Source: Nymphaea colorata (taxonomy: Eukaryota). Taken from it: a DNA stretch of 64,000 nt. Location: the NCBI RefSeq assembly GCF_008831285.2, contig NC_045138.2, forward strand, positions 30,566,001 to 30,630,000, read 5' to 3'. Shown here piece after piece: positions 12,454 through 27,000 of the stretch; position 1 is the first letter of the stretch, and every line of letters starts with the position of its first letter. Both the position numbers and the translations under genes were made by a program. The notes beneath the pieces were generated by a model, which had not been told where the DNA came from, made no database searches, and saw only the letters and a program-made list of their open reading frames with translations.

Positions 12454-15044
12454 TAATGTGAGGAATATTTGTTCTGCTCATGCAGTGAGGGAGATGACAA
12501 TTAGAGCAGGCTGCATTAAGACAATTTGGCATATCAGTGAGCAAATTGGTTGAGATGGTGTGGTAGTTACTTGAGCTTTAGGGTCAGCTGCCCCGTAGAA
12601 TACAAACGGTTAAATGTGCTTCCACAGTTGGGTTATATTTAACACTATTATCGAATCGATTCTGCTAATTAATGCTATTGGGGTCATATTTGTAATGGTT
12701 GCCATTCTTTTGGGACTTTGGTTTTCCAATTGCAGTGGTTTGATATTGGTTATGGTACTAAAAAGTTTGTCTTAATGGTCTATCCTTGATAACATATTAT
12801 CTGCAATTTCTCGAGGCCAAAAGAAATGGCTGCGCTACATGGCATTTATTTCTTATCAACTCTTAGGCTTATCTGTTTGTTTTGTTGGTTTCACTTCGTG
12901 ATTGCTTTTGACATTCTTGAAGTGATACTTTTTACTTTTCCCAAGAAACATTTGAGAAATCTGCACTTAGACCGTACACATGCAGTGCTTGAGAAAGCCT
13001 GCAGAATGTGTTGGATATTTGATGAGCTTCTCATTGTATTCACATGATGTTTCTTTATACTCTCAAAAAGGAGGTTCTCACTTGAAACCTTCATCATTCA
13101 ATTTGAAACTGTCATTCGAACAAAGAAGCGCATTTTTTAGATTTTGGTGTTTTAATATTTAAAGTTGTGTTTATAACATGCAAATAGCTACTTGCAATGT
13201 GAATAAGCCACTTGAGACTGTTCATTACTGTGAAATAAGGAAGGTGCAGACATTGCAGATGTTATATATATATATAGAATAATCGAAGGATATTTTTAAA
13301 CGAAAGAGAAAGGTAATATGTAAACTATGATAATGAACATTCAGTTGTGGGGAAGAAATAGTTGCCCGTTGTAGGTTATGAATGCTGCAATTTCCTATTC
13401 CCTTTTTGGTCATGTTCAATGAGGATTTGTCTAGCACTTTTGTGTATCAAATGTGAGCACGTCATGATTCTTGGGACTGTTTCTAAGGCATCCTCAATAT
13501 TATAAAACTATTGATCCAGGTTTAGACCTTCTGGCGGATGGGGAGATTAAATTTGGTAAGATATAACACTGATATGATTAGATCAGTTGCTGCCCAACAT
13601 GGAGTCTACCGTTCCATGGTATCATGGTTTCAATCTACCCTATAGTTTCTATTTGTAATTATACAGATGCGCACGTGTATGTCTGTGTAGCTGGGGGATC
13701 TGCACCTTGCCCATCCGGTGCCCTATTTAGCTTAGGGATTTCAAGTGTTCTAATTATAATCCATATTGTATTCAAATCTATTTCCGATTAGTCAGGTTAA
13801 ATAAGATAATTTTAGTAATCAAAATTTCATTACGGATGTGTTTTATTTTACCAAATCCTACGGATGTCCAGTACCGAAGGTAGTTCAAATCTTATTGCAA
13901 CAAAAAAAAAAATTCCTGTTCAGTTTTGTTTTCATTTAGTATGTCTTTGGGTTTGATTCAACTCCAAGTCTGATTAAGAAAGACCCATTTAGACTCATGC
14001 TGTGATGACCATATCTGATCTGAATCTGAAACCTTTAGAGCAGCCTTTGCTATTTCCTTTTGTAGGGCATGATAAATTGGTGCCTAATCAAACTTTTCAG
14101 GTAATTTCAGATCAAGGTCCAGATGCAGCTTATTCTTTTAGACGAGTACCTGAAAATTTTTATCTGATGACGGTAATCAGAGAACAAAAATGTATACAGG
14201 AACTTGTCTCTGAAATTCTCCATTTAACCAGTCAACGCGACTAAGTGGAAGCAGTCAGCAAATGAAGAAATATGAAGGCAAAGGTAGCTAAACGTTTGGA
14301 CATCAAAAGCAGAGGACGATAATTTGAGGAGATGAAAGTCCCCAAACAGAACTATACGCCCAGAGATAAATTCGGATGAGTCCGATGCCCCACTTCACCA
14401 ATCCTAATCAGCTACATCTAATGACACAACACAAATCCGAATCATACAGGCCGGATCCCGCTTTTATGAGGTCAAGTTAAGATTGAGCTAGGTCTAGCCC
14501 CACGTGGGGCAGGCCGATAACATTGCGGCTAAAAGAGAGACCTACTTCAAGTCGAAAGTACAAATTAACCAACCCTAACAACCGAGAGCCACGCCAACGC
14601 CAACTTCCGCACCGTCATATAATTGAGTGCTGCTGCTTTATTCATTTGGTGGACTACAAACAGGCCCGTGAATACCTTGGTCTTGGTTAATACCTAAAAT
14701 TTAATCGTGCGTAGGCTGTGAATCTAGCTAAGCTAAAATTTGAATGGCCAAAGCATGATTTCACCGAGTCCAGGTCGATTGTTCATCACATGAAACGTAG
14801 GTCAGGTTCTGTGCGGCTGTAAGTTCGATCGGGATTAATTTTCTTCGCCTACGATGGATATGCAGATTGATGTGATTTAAATTATACATGTTTCCCGTCT
14901 TAAACAACTGTACTCTTCCTCTGAGAGGTTGACATAGTGAAAATAATACATCTCGACTCAACTCACCCACCCCCAATATTCGCATATCGGTAACCATTTC
15001 AAACATCCTGCTGTACAACAAATAATAATACAAAATAATTGGCA

Positions 15045-18000
15045 TTAAACACTCAAAAGAGCAAGATCCTCAAGTTTAATCCAAGTATATGCACATCGAT
15101 CTCGGATTCTTTTTATTGATTGCGCTGCTAGATCGGTCACCTGCCGGATCCTTGCAAATTGCTTCTCAAACCGCACCCTCACTCCGGTCTCCATCTGCAT
15201 CCACCAAAATACACCAAGGAATTGTGTTGGTAATTAGTTACAAAGGGAATCGATGAGAAAACAGTTGGTAAATGCATGTAAACAATGGTTCGCTTCACGT
15301 CCAAGATAGGGAGATTTCTGAAACAGGATACAGATTCTTAGTCAGCATAACCAAGATCCATATTGAAGTTGTTAAGCATCGCCACAGGGCCATCAGCCAG
15401 ATGAAGGCTGCCTGGGGCAAAAGCCAAATTTTACAAAGAAAGTTGAGCTAAGTACCAAACATTCCACATTGTCTAACAGAATCTACAAAATTATGCATGC
15501 AAAACAAAGTTTCGATTGCATCTTGTAACATAGGGAAATGATATATTCTTCTAACATGGCAACACTAGATCTATTAATCAACAGATTGATGAATAAATTC
15601 TCACAAAAGTAAAATGAAGAAAAGAAGAAAGACGGAAGTGTTCCGAACCTTTTCCAAGCAGCGTCCCGTATCCAACACATGGCAGAAATATGAGAGCTGC
15701 TTGTACAATTCAACCTCAGTGTACTGTCATAAAGTAGATTTCTTATTTTAGATGACAAAAAGGTAAATCCGAGAAATTTTCTGTTGAACAAAATGAGAAA
15801 ACTATTTCACCTGCCGTACAAGATGCCCATTACAACGAGGATAATTGGGACATATGGTTCCTTTTTCTGAGTCTCCCATAACCCGCAGATTCAGCGACCT
15901 AGTAGTGTATTGACAAAGTTCATCGTCGCACTGGCACAGAAAATCACAAGTTATGGACGAGTATTTACATTCGTTCGGGAAAAGGCGTAGACCAACCACA
16001 TTCACGAGAAAACTAGCCGAAACCCCATGGCGTGCAGGCAGACGTGCTTGCTAAAACTAAACGTGCATAAGAATCAAAACTGTACGGAACAACCTTCTGT
16101 CCGCGGAACAGCACGATTCAAATATATTTACCAAGAAAACAATTCAACAAGGCCATCGCCTATAGTGGCCAAAATACTTACTGTCATCAGCCCCATATAG
16201 TATTTCGAAATGAACTTCTCTGCCTGTCTTCTCACCTGTAATGCAAAAAGCATAACTCGCCTTCTTCACCATGCAAACGAATAATTATTTAAACTACTTA
16301 GTAGTGCATAACAAAGGAACCTGGTTAGCGATGATTGCAGGGGATATTCTACTTCTTTCATCTTCAATTGGACACTTAGGGCAGTGCAATTTGGTCCAGA
16401 AATTCTCACTTTCTTTATCTGTTTCAGAATCCAACTTCTCACTTCCTGAGCATTCTAGCAAACTTGACGTAGCAGGACATTCAAATGTTGTGAAACAACT
16501 GGGGCATGCTATCCACAGAGGTTGACAACCACGATATCTGCAGTTTTCAATAAACAAAAAATTACTAAATCCTCATATATTTTCAGTTCATGTAACACTT
16601 AGAACTCATGAAAGAAAAAAATTTGATCACCTCTCATTGTCATCTTCGGCATATACAAGTGTTCTGTCTAGATCTTTGTTTACAGCATCGCTGCTTTTAT
16701 GCTGGAACTGCACAAAATCACCATATTTACATGGATTCCATGTGTGTGTGTGTGTGTGTTTGTAGACAGGTGGAGGGTTGCATATGGGTTGGAAGGGCTT
16801 AGTTTCTAACCTTAGATGATTCAAGCCCCAAACAATCAGCAAGACGAGCTGGGCTAGTTCCTTCTATGCAGGCACATAAACGTGATACAACAGGATGGAT
16901 CTGCATGTTGACTATATCTTTTAGATGACAGAGTTAAAAGTGCAAACCTTTACTGGATATGCCAACCGCAACATCACCTGCTGTGACAAATAATAGTCAA
17001 TATCGATCATCCATGTCCCATCATTGTGCTTCAGCTCATCAGGATGTCTAGCTCTTTGAGCTATTCCAGTTGAAGAACCAGATTCAGATAGTCCCTGCTT
17101 AATAGAAAATCTATACGCTTGAGATTTTGTAGCACACAGAATTTTGAAAGATTATATATGACCAATGAATTAGCAACTAACGTTTGACAAAATCCAAACA
17201 AGCTGCTTAGACTCTAAAAAGTGTCTTTTAAATCATGTCGTTTTCAATTATGAACTTCAATTTCAGGGACGGCCGCATTACAAGCTAAGTCACATGCGTA
17301 TGGGTATGGAGATACGGGTACAGACACGACAACTTTAGAAAATGTGGGCAAAGGGGTACGGCAGGATATATATATGTATGTATGTATGCAAATTGCAAAC
17401 TAACACAAAAAAATCAAAAGGAAAGCAACATTTAAATAAACATAAACAAGTGATATAAACAAAAACATTACATGTTCATGAACAATAATTCTAAAATAAA
17501 ATGAAAACCAAGTTGAAAAAATTTAATTCAGGCAAAATTAAGTAGTTTGAATCAGTTTCTATGTAAAAAGTACCCAAGTGTGTTCAAGTACTCAGGTATT
17601 GGTACGGCAACAGGGTACGTGGACCTTATTTATGTACCCATGACTTATTATAAGAGAGGTCCCTAATCACGTCGCATGGACCTACAAAATCATAACCAAG
17701 ATGTTCAGGAAGAAGAGTACAACCTGTTGACAACAAATCACATACGGGACTGTATCACCAGCAGAGCACCCAGATGAAATGCCATTTTGTTTCATCCTCA
17801 AAGCCACCTACATTAATTTCCACTTGAGAACAAATAAGAATTTCCAACACGCAATTACCAAAACAACCAGAAATTAGCTAAAGAAATTGAATATTTTGCA
17901 TTATTAATTATACCTGCACGTGAGGTTGATTTTTTGCATCTGGGTATTCTTCAGGCAACTTGGTTAATGTCTTCATGATCACATACTTATCAAGCTCAAT

Positions 18001-21000
18001 TTCACCATTCCTCATCTCCTCTTGCACCTGATTTAAATTTAAAAAAAAAAAAAGCCACTTTCAGAAACAAATTTTCTTTGGTGTAAAAGTCCAGACCAGA
18101 CACATTGAGAATTGAAAACTTCAATGACATGAACATCGTACAAGCCAACCAGGAAAATTCACTTCTGATGCTAGGTCAGATCCACTGCAGCATATCATAG
18201 TTACTGTAATAAAAACAGTTAAAGAAACAACTTACTTTCATCAGACGACCATGAATTGATTCCACGACATCTTCACAAGACCTTTTAAAAGGAAGCAAAG
18301 TTATAACAGCAGTGAAAATGTTTTATGTTTTATATTGTTTCTAATGTCAACCAAGAAAATCAAACATACCCCCCAGATAAAATTTCACCAAGGCAAAAAT
18401 CTCCCAACTCTTTTGAAAGTAAGCTCCAGTCACGCCTGACCATGTCAAGTCCCTTACGCTCGATTACCTACATAACACAGCAGCATCTAGAAATAAATGT
18501 AAATGAAACAACATAAACTAATTACAAATTTAAAGCAAAGAACTAACCTCATAGGGACTTCCATCATTGCTAAACTGCACTTTAACAGCTGCATATTTTT
18601 TTTTCTTTAGAAGTAGCATTCTTTTGTACAGACCATCAAGATCTATCTCTAAACATCGGTATTTTTTATTTACCTAAAAACAAGGAGAAAGCTCATAACA
18701 AACAAATTGATCAATACCAACTACCCTGAGCTGGCAAAATTCCAAATCTATTGTAAACCACAATATGCAAGAAACCCACCTCAACTTTAACCTTTGTTGC
18801 AATAGACTTAGCTTCAGAAATATCATCTAGTCCTGTATGTATCATGATCGAATCTGTATCACCATATATGACCTATTGAATCAAGAATCAACATAATCAA
18901 ACTATCAGCTGCATCATTAACCAACAATAGGAAATGGAAAAAACCGAACGACCCCAAAAGGGGTTTACTGACTAAAAGTAATATTTTTTTCAAATAATTA
19001 TGGTTCCATTTTGTGATGTTTCATATGGTAAGGGGTAAGACCTAATGTCTACAACACATCAATTACCGTGTCACATAGACATGCCTGAAGGCTTCTGGAC
19101 ATGGGTCAAGACACGACTTGGACATGGAAAAATCATATTTTGCATTTTTGGGTCAAATTTTGTAGTTTTTTTAGTAAATAATATTTTATAAACAAAATAA
19201 AAAATATATGCGACAGTTTAAAATCTTATTATGTGTGCATATGTGTGTACATCTGTGTCTCCACACTCAAGTTTCTTGAAAATGCTCTGCATCAGTGCTC
19301 ACACAATCCTGCGTGACAGGCAATTACAAACCAAGCTTATCCTGACAGAGATATAAAAGGTATTTATTAGTTGGCTTGACCTTGTTGAGAGCATAGCAAC
19401 AAAATGTTCAAAACTAGCTCAGTGTGTCTGATGCCAATCAGATGAGGTGTTGCTAGCCTGAGATCAAGCTACCAAGTAAACTTATGTGCAAATTACACCT
19501 GATGAGCAGATCAGCTGAGCTGAGCTGAACCTTTTAGTTTGTCCACCACATATTCTTCCAGAATCCAAACACATTGCTAATATATGTAGGAAAAGGTAGG
19601 ACTACCAATTTGGCAATCTTCTTCCAAGAATCAACATGTACAAGTACTACAAGGTTTTTAGCAAAGTAAGAACCTTCATGTTCCAATCCAAGTCTGCAAG
19701 CAGGTGAGCAATTGGCAATGCTTATCTAAGGATTATTTAGCCTCTGAATCTGCAACTTTTTCTTCTTTAACCCCTTATTCATTTGTCTATATCTTCCAAA
19801 CGAATCAATTTTTTCACAACCAATCTGATAACAGTGTCAAGCATATTCCAATTTCCATGATGGCATGTGAATATGTCTAGCCATAATAGTGTGGTCTACC
19901 CAATACATACTATTGCAAAGTGGCAGGTTCTGTAGATTTAGTAAATACCTCATAGTTGAGCTGGTTTTGCACAAGATCAACGGTGCTTTGTAGAATCTCT
20001 CGTCCCTACAACATAAATTAATAAATTAATTACCGAACAGATCTTACAGCAGAGACCACAATGAATTTTACTAGGGCATTTAATATTGGTGGATAATGAA
20101 AAAAACACACACAAGGCCAGTAAAAAGTGCTAAAACACAAAGGATTGAAAACATTAAAGGCAATTCGCACCTGCAGTGTTATAAGCTCAGCGAGTGGCTT
20201 GGCATAAAATCTTGAGTTAGTAAAGCCCAAACAACCATATATACTGCATGGAGATCAATTAATGTTGGTACTGAACCAAAAACTTCAAAGTTAAAGCTTC
20301 TCTTAGGAAAACATATTCACCAATTTCATCAATCAAAGGTGCACACCTATTAGCAGTAAGTTTTAGAGCTTGTTGCTGAATATCAAGCTGCTGAATCTTG
20401 TGACGGTCAGATGTATTCTTCATCCATTGCTTTACCTTTCTTCTCCGATCAACCAGAGAGTGTAATAGCTGCACATTTTTATGTTAAATTATTTTTATAC
20501 TAAATTAGCCTGTTTCCACTTTGACATGGTTTCACAACATAAGAATTAATACATGAAAAAGGAAAGATAAAGATGGTATATTATGATTCAAGGTAATGAT
20601 ATAGAAAATCCAACTGATCATGATTACACATGATGTATATAAAAGGAACATAAACCAGATCTATATGCATGGTTAATGTGCATTAACCAAGAGCATCATT
20701 GAATATCCACATTCATGCAAGCTGCCCGCATAACTGTCGCAGCCTTGAAAAAGATTCAATGTTTCTATTGAAGATATCATGATCAGGACAGCCTAGTTAC
20801 TGGCATGATCGCACACGTACAAAATTTATCATCCGAAGAGCTTATGCTACTTATAATGGAGCACCACCATGAAAAATGGAATTGGTGCATCCTTGAGGGT
20901 GAAAAAACCATCCATAAATGAGCCAATCCAGCAGACTAGTTTAGAACATTTTTTTACCTCGTTGCTTAATGAACTTTTGCAATTTCTTTGCTTGTACCTA

Positions 21001-24000
21001 AAACCCAATTGTGATGGCATTCTATTAGGATATAACATAAATAAGACACTCATCTACAGGGGAACAAGGGACAACATGCTGCTCTCTTTTTCATTGCACA
21101 GATGTTGGTGTCGAATGGTTTGTGAGATCCTTTCCACATCTTGATTCACAACTCTTCTTTACTACTCACCTGAACCTATTGTATATATGTATTTTTTAAT
21201 GGACGACACTCTATGTCTTAAAAGTGTACATGGGTGTGAGCTTAAGCATGGCATGTGTGCTCATCACCTTGGCTGAAGTGGTCTAAGAAATGAGCCCAAA
21301 TTCAAGACACAGGCAACTTGACTCCCTAAGTTTTCCCACGTTAAAAACCTGCTTTATTGACTTCATCCTGTTCCTTTTTCTTCTCATATATATATATCAC
21401 AGTCACAAATAACATCTCGGAGTTTTAAATGGCCAGGTTTTTCTTAGGTATAACACGGCGAGCTTGAAAAAAAGGAAAAAATACGGTAAAAATTTTAAAA
21501 AACTAAAAATGGGGGAAAAATAAAATAAGTGAGAAATTAATAACACAAACATCAAAAGATAAGTAGATTTGTAAAAAATAAAAAATAAAAGACAAAAAAA
21601 ACTGTTTGGCATTAAAAAAACTGAGAAAAATGAAAAAGTGAAAACCAAGTTTTTTCGTTTTTAACGTTTTTTTCAAAAAAAACGTGTTTTTTTTAGTTTT
21701 AAATATGTTATATGTGAGTCTTTTGTTGTTGTTTTATTATATATTTTAAATATGCATTTGAACAAATAATATGATTGTGTGTAAAATACAGTGTAAACTG
21801 TAAAGTACTTTATGGTAGTACAGTCGGTATTATTTTTCGAGTTCTCATTGAATATAATTGTGTTATTTATCATAGACTGACTGGTGGTTTTTTTCGTACA
21901 GTGAAAAGATTCAACCTGGTTGCAATTTATTAATTTCTATTATCCTTTTGTACCCCTACAACTCCTAGTCACACCTGGGCACCTGGTTACATCCCTAGTA
22001 AATGGTTTTGGATTGCTATCGTCATAGATTGGCAGAAGTCTGTCATGCTGCCTTCAAGTGTACCTGTAGGACGTGTGTGCTATAAATGTTTCACATCTCT
22101 AGCCATTATACTGCAATCGGCTAAAGATATGTGCTGTGTTTGATATTTCAAACTAAATACACCATATTGATTTGCTGTTCTGATATGGACATGTAAAACT
22201 AAATACTCCTTTCATGCTCAGCAGGCTTATCAGCTGAGGCAATAAAGGACCAAGCAAGTCATATAACTGTATGTAGCTTTCTGAATTTAACAAAAACATT
22301 CCAATTGACATCTTACGTGAACAAATATATATTAGACTAACCTACGTGATAGAGAATATTTACATTCACCAAATGACATAAACAAACAACAATTAATTTA
22401 AAAAAGAATTTAATTTATAAATTGGTTTAGACTTTAGATTTTCCAGAAAGTACCTTTGGCAGCACTCCAGTAATTTTGGTACTTGGCAAAGCAGGAATTG
22501 CACCATCTTTGTTTCTTTGAACAGTTGTGAAGCAGATATTATACTCCTATTTAAGACATGAACCAACAAAATGAAACAAATTTTGATAAAAAATACACCT
22601 CAATCATTTCGATATTGATAACCACGTGGTATTAAGTGAAGACTAAATGACAACCTGTATGATGGAAGGATAAAGACTATTGAAATCCAGAAGCAATATA
22701 AATTTGTCATAAAGTCCCTTTTTTGGTTCCAGAACCAAACCACCAGAATATGCAGGGCCTTTCTTGTGTTTTTCTTTCCCCATAGAATTAGTGCCACTTT
22801 CAGAAATATTTTGATCATCAAACCCATCCTCCATAGAGTTTTTCAGTCCTCGTTTTGTTGATGCATCCTTCCCAGTATAAGACGCTTTATCAGGCAGAAT
22901 ATATTTCAGTTCGTGAAATGCATGCAACAAGAGATACTCCACTCTCTGTGCTCTGGCACCCTGAAACAGTCATTTTGACAGGTCACCAATATCTTAACAA
23001 GTTCAAGCTAATAATCACTACTTGAACACAAGGACAACTTCAACAAATAAACACAGCAAACTCACTTGGAGAGTCTTTCCCCAAAGATTACCAGCAATAT
23101 TTGTGAGTTGTCGTGTCAGTGGAAGCATACTCAAATGAAACATCAAACCCAGTGAAAGCCAGGCATCCGTCTCACCATGTTCAACCTGATATCATAGACT
23201 GAATAAGCATGCATATATGATAAAGTACGGGAATAATTTTCCTCATGTATAGCTTTATATCATAAGATAAAATTATTGATCTAATAAAGGTGGAGAGAAC
23301 AGGTTTAAGAGGAAATACAAGTTCCAGTAGTGTGCTTGATGATTGGAACATTAAAGGAATATCCAGTGGAGAGATCTCCTTTCTGTCCTTTCCAAGCTGA
23401 GATTTTGCCAGATGTGTCAAAGAATAACTTGCCTACAAAGAGTAAGGAACGTGTTCCCCTTAGAGATCCCAATGTGATGCATCATCACCATGCAACAATC
23501 CCAATTATGTTTGCTTTTGACTATTGGAATTTCTCTTTGAAAAGCAATATGGAGCAACGCATTACCTCTTTCAAAAGTTCACGAGACGACAAATAGGTAT
23601 CACATAAAAGCCTGCCTGAAATGCAAGACAATACACCAGGACTAGCTCCAGATCCAAACAAACTGCTTCCTTTTGTAAGCTTGGGCATCACAGATCGCTT
23701 TAGACGACCAATCTTGGACCATAACACATTTAGTGCCTGCATGATTTGAGTTTCAAACCTCAGACGAGGTGCAACCATTTTTGTAAATCAAGGAAATACA
23801 ATTAGCAGTATGCATTTCCAACCATGTATCTCCAGCTATGTTCAGAACTGAAAGAATTTGTTACATGAGAATATTAAAGTCCATTTAGTTGCCAAAAACC
23901 AAGTGCATATTAGGTTAAGGCATCCTTGTTTGGTACAATTTTTCTGAAATAATAAGCATATAGAAACACAAACCTGTGCTCTGTGCAGAAGAACATCAAT

Positions 24001-27000
24001 GTCAAATCCAGAGATATTGTGGCCAAGTAGCACATCACAGTCAGATTTGTGCATTTCAATCATCAAGCGACTCAAAAGGGCCCTTTCACTGCATATAAAG
24101 CCAGAAGAGATATGTAAGGGTCCAAAACCAATAATCTCATGCAACAGAGGAAATCATAAATCAAGACGCCCAAAACATAAAACCACAAAAGGAACTTATA
24201 AGCATGCCTGCTCTCAATCACCAAAACACCACATGGTGATTTTGAATTTCTATCAGCAACTTCCTTTGTGAAGCCTAACGGAAAAATTCCTCCTTCAAGC
24301 TTCCTCACAATAGTGAAATGGCTAAGGACCCCAGCCTTGTTCCACTCTGATGTCACCATGGGAACATCTACCTGAAATTTTGAAAAACTATTATCAACTT
24401 AGGAAGCCTCTAGGTAATCACACACTCATAGATGTTTAAACTTTAAACTTTAAGCTGTATCACGTGAGTGTGGATGCAGGTGCTGCACGGACATTTTTCA
24501 AGCAAATTTGGGTGAGGGTGCGGTAACAATGTGCGTATGTGCATATAAACAGAAACTTGTATGTAAAAGAAGAAAATGCCATTGAATTAGATTGTGAAGT
24601 GTACATGACAGCAAATACAAGCAACTGCACCTACAGGGTATCTGCACCTGAATTAAGTACAATGCAGCAGCATATATCAGTATATGCTGACTCCAATGTG
24701 ATATAATTTCGAAACAGAAAAAGAAAAGGCATATCAAATATAAGGAGATAATTGCGAGATGAGCATCAATCTACAATACATTACATGTGGGCCAAGACAA
24801 ATAGGGGAAAAGAAAATTATGGATTTTTTTATAACTTGGAAAGATTAGCTTTTTGGCTTACTTTTGCCTTGTGACAGCAAACAACAGATGCAGAAACTAT
24901 CTCGTTAGTGTTCTTCCTCTCATTCACTACAGTTTTAAGGGAGAGTGAAGCAACAATTATGGGAGGAATCTCTAGCATGGCCTTTGAGGTCGAAACTGTC
25001 ACATCCTTTGGAGAGTCGACAACAACCTCATATTTGCACCAGCTCACCTGCATGTGACAACAAATCTATAAGAAACATGCAGACATGTTCATGTTAAAAA
25101 TAATGAGACAAAAATCTCAGAAGAACCAATACATACATGCAAGTTTGTGCATGGCCCTCATGAGACAATGTGACATACAGAATGAATAAAGTGTGCCTTA
25201 AGCATGGCAAGATAGTTGATGTCATGTTTGTTTTAATTAAAACAGAGGTTAACTTTTACCTTGACATTTATTAATTTAACAAGCAAATCTACACCTAATT
25301 TCTATAAAGTGCTGGATACATGTGACTAGCACAACTTGCATTTATAGTTGTATTTCCATGCTTGTTGCATAGGGGGAGCCAACCTACTAAACAAGCTAAC
25401 AAGAAAAATCTTACCCGCTGAGGAGGTGGACAACTGAAGAACTTTGAAATGGAGATCCATGAAGGCCCTTTTATTCTTCTCTTGATTAAGAATAGCTCCA
25501 ATGCACTACATAAATAAAGTCATACAGGAAGTTTCTTTTTATTCCTTTCTTTACCAAGAACAAAGCCTAACAAAAACAAGTAGATTAATTGATAGCATAT
25601 AATTTCTTCAAAGGTTCTTGCATTTTTTTTTAAAGGCAGATTAACAAATATCCAGTGTATTGAATGTTGGAAACATAAAGGGCTCTTTAAGAACTGATTT
25701 ACATCATGCCAGCCACTTGCACTCCATGGGATACAGTTGTCCCCATTAGCAAAGACAAAAATCAAGTGATGTAAAAATATTAAAAATGTCAAGGCACAAT
25801 TTAATTGTTAGTTGAAACCCAAAAAAGTGAGAAGATGGAGACATCACCCAGCTATCCATGAGACCAAGAAACCCAATAACAACCATTCTTTATTTGGCCC
25901 ACAACTACCATGGGCTGGCTCAAGGGAACAGAATCAAAGTAGGCAACATCAAGCTCATGCAGACCTTGAATTGGCTCCAAAAAGCACAGAGAAATGTTCG
26001 CCCTTTATATCAGAGGGAAGTGTTGCATCCTGCCCAAAGATAGACCAAATGTTAAGAAGATCGTTGAAACACCAACCATACAATTCAGTGCCAATAGAAA
26101 CAAAAATGAAGAAGAAATAAGGATGTAGAAAACAAGCTTTTGTCAAGAACTTGAAACTTGAAAGACAATCAAATGCCAAAAACAACAGTATTAAATGTCA
26201 CCTACTCTATTTGTTTCAGACATGCTTAGGCTAAGCCCCAAGGTTTGGTTGCTAGATATCTTGCCACATGAAAAACCTCTAAGCCAGTTGCACAACCTAG
26301 AAAATTTCTTTCACAAGTGCATATACATTTTTCTCTTTTTTTCATTCTTTTTTCCTTTCTTCTCTTTTTTTCGTTCTTTTTTCTTTTTCAATTTTTTTGA
26401 TGTTGCATGTGGTCTTGTTTTCATTCTTTTTGTTTTTGCATTTGGTCTTGCATTTTATATAGACACACTCATGCGCATACACACACACACACACATACAA
26501 TTACAGTTATGCTTCAAATACTATCATACTTTGAATACTTATATGTTTTAGGTTTTCACATATTTCTTTTTCCCATTGTTTTTTACATTGCATGTGTTTA
26601 CATATAGACTCACACACACACACACACATGTGTATATATATATATATATAGCCCCCCCCCCCCCCCCCCTCTCACATTTTGGAAAAAAAAATTATGCGTA
26701 TTTTTGAACATTTTTAACTTGTCATATGTAAAACTTCTGAAAAAATTTGTTCAGCCCCTGTACAAATTTTGGAAATACTATTCCCCCTCCCCCCACACCT
26801 TTCAAAAAAATTTCTCGCTCTGCCCCTGCACACAATGTGTAGTTACAGTTATACTATGGTATCATGCTTTGAATAATTTATATGTTTTTATTGTCACATA
26901 GATACATATATACATAAATATATACACACATATGTACATATGATACATACGTATAGCACACGCATACACACACAAATATATAACAATAACTAAGATTGCT

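Noticed and set aside
26652..26669. Poly-C run (G-quadruplex potential on the minus strand)
   Set aside because: Homopolymer inside an intronic repeat remnant; no evidence of function.
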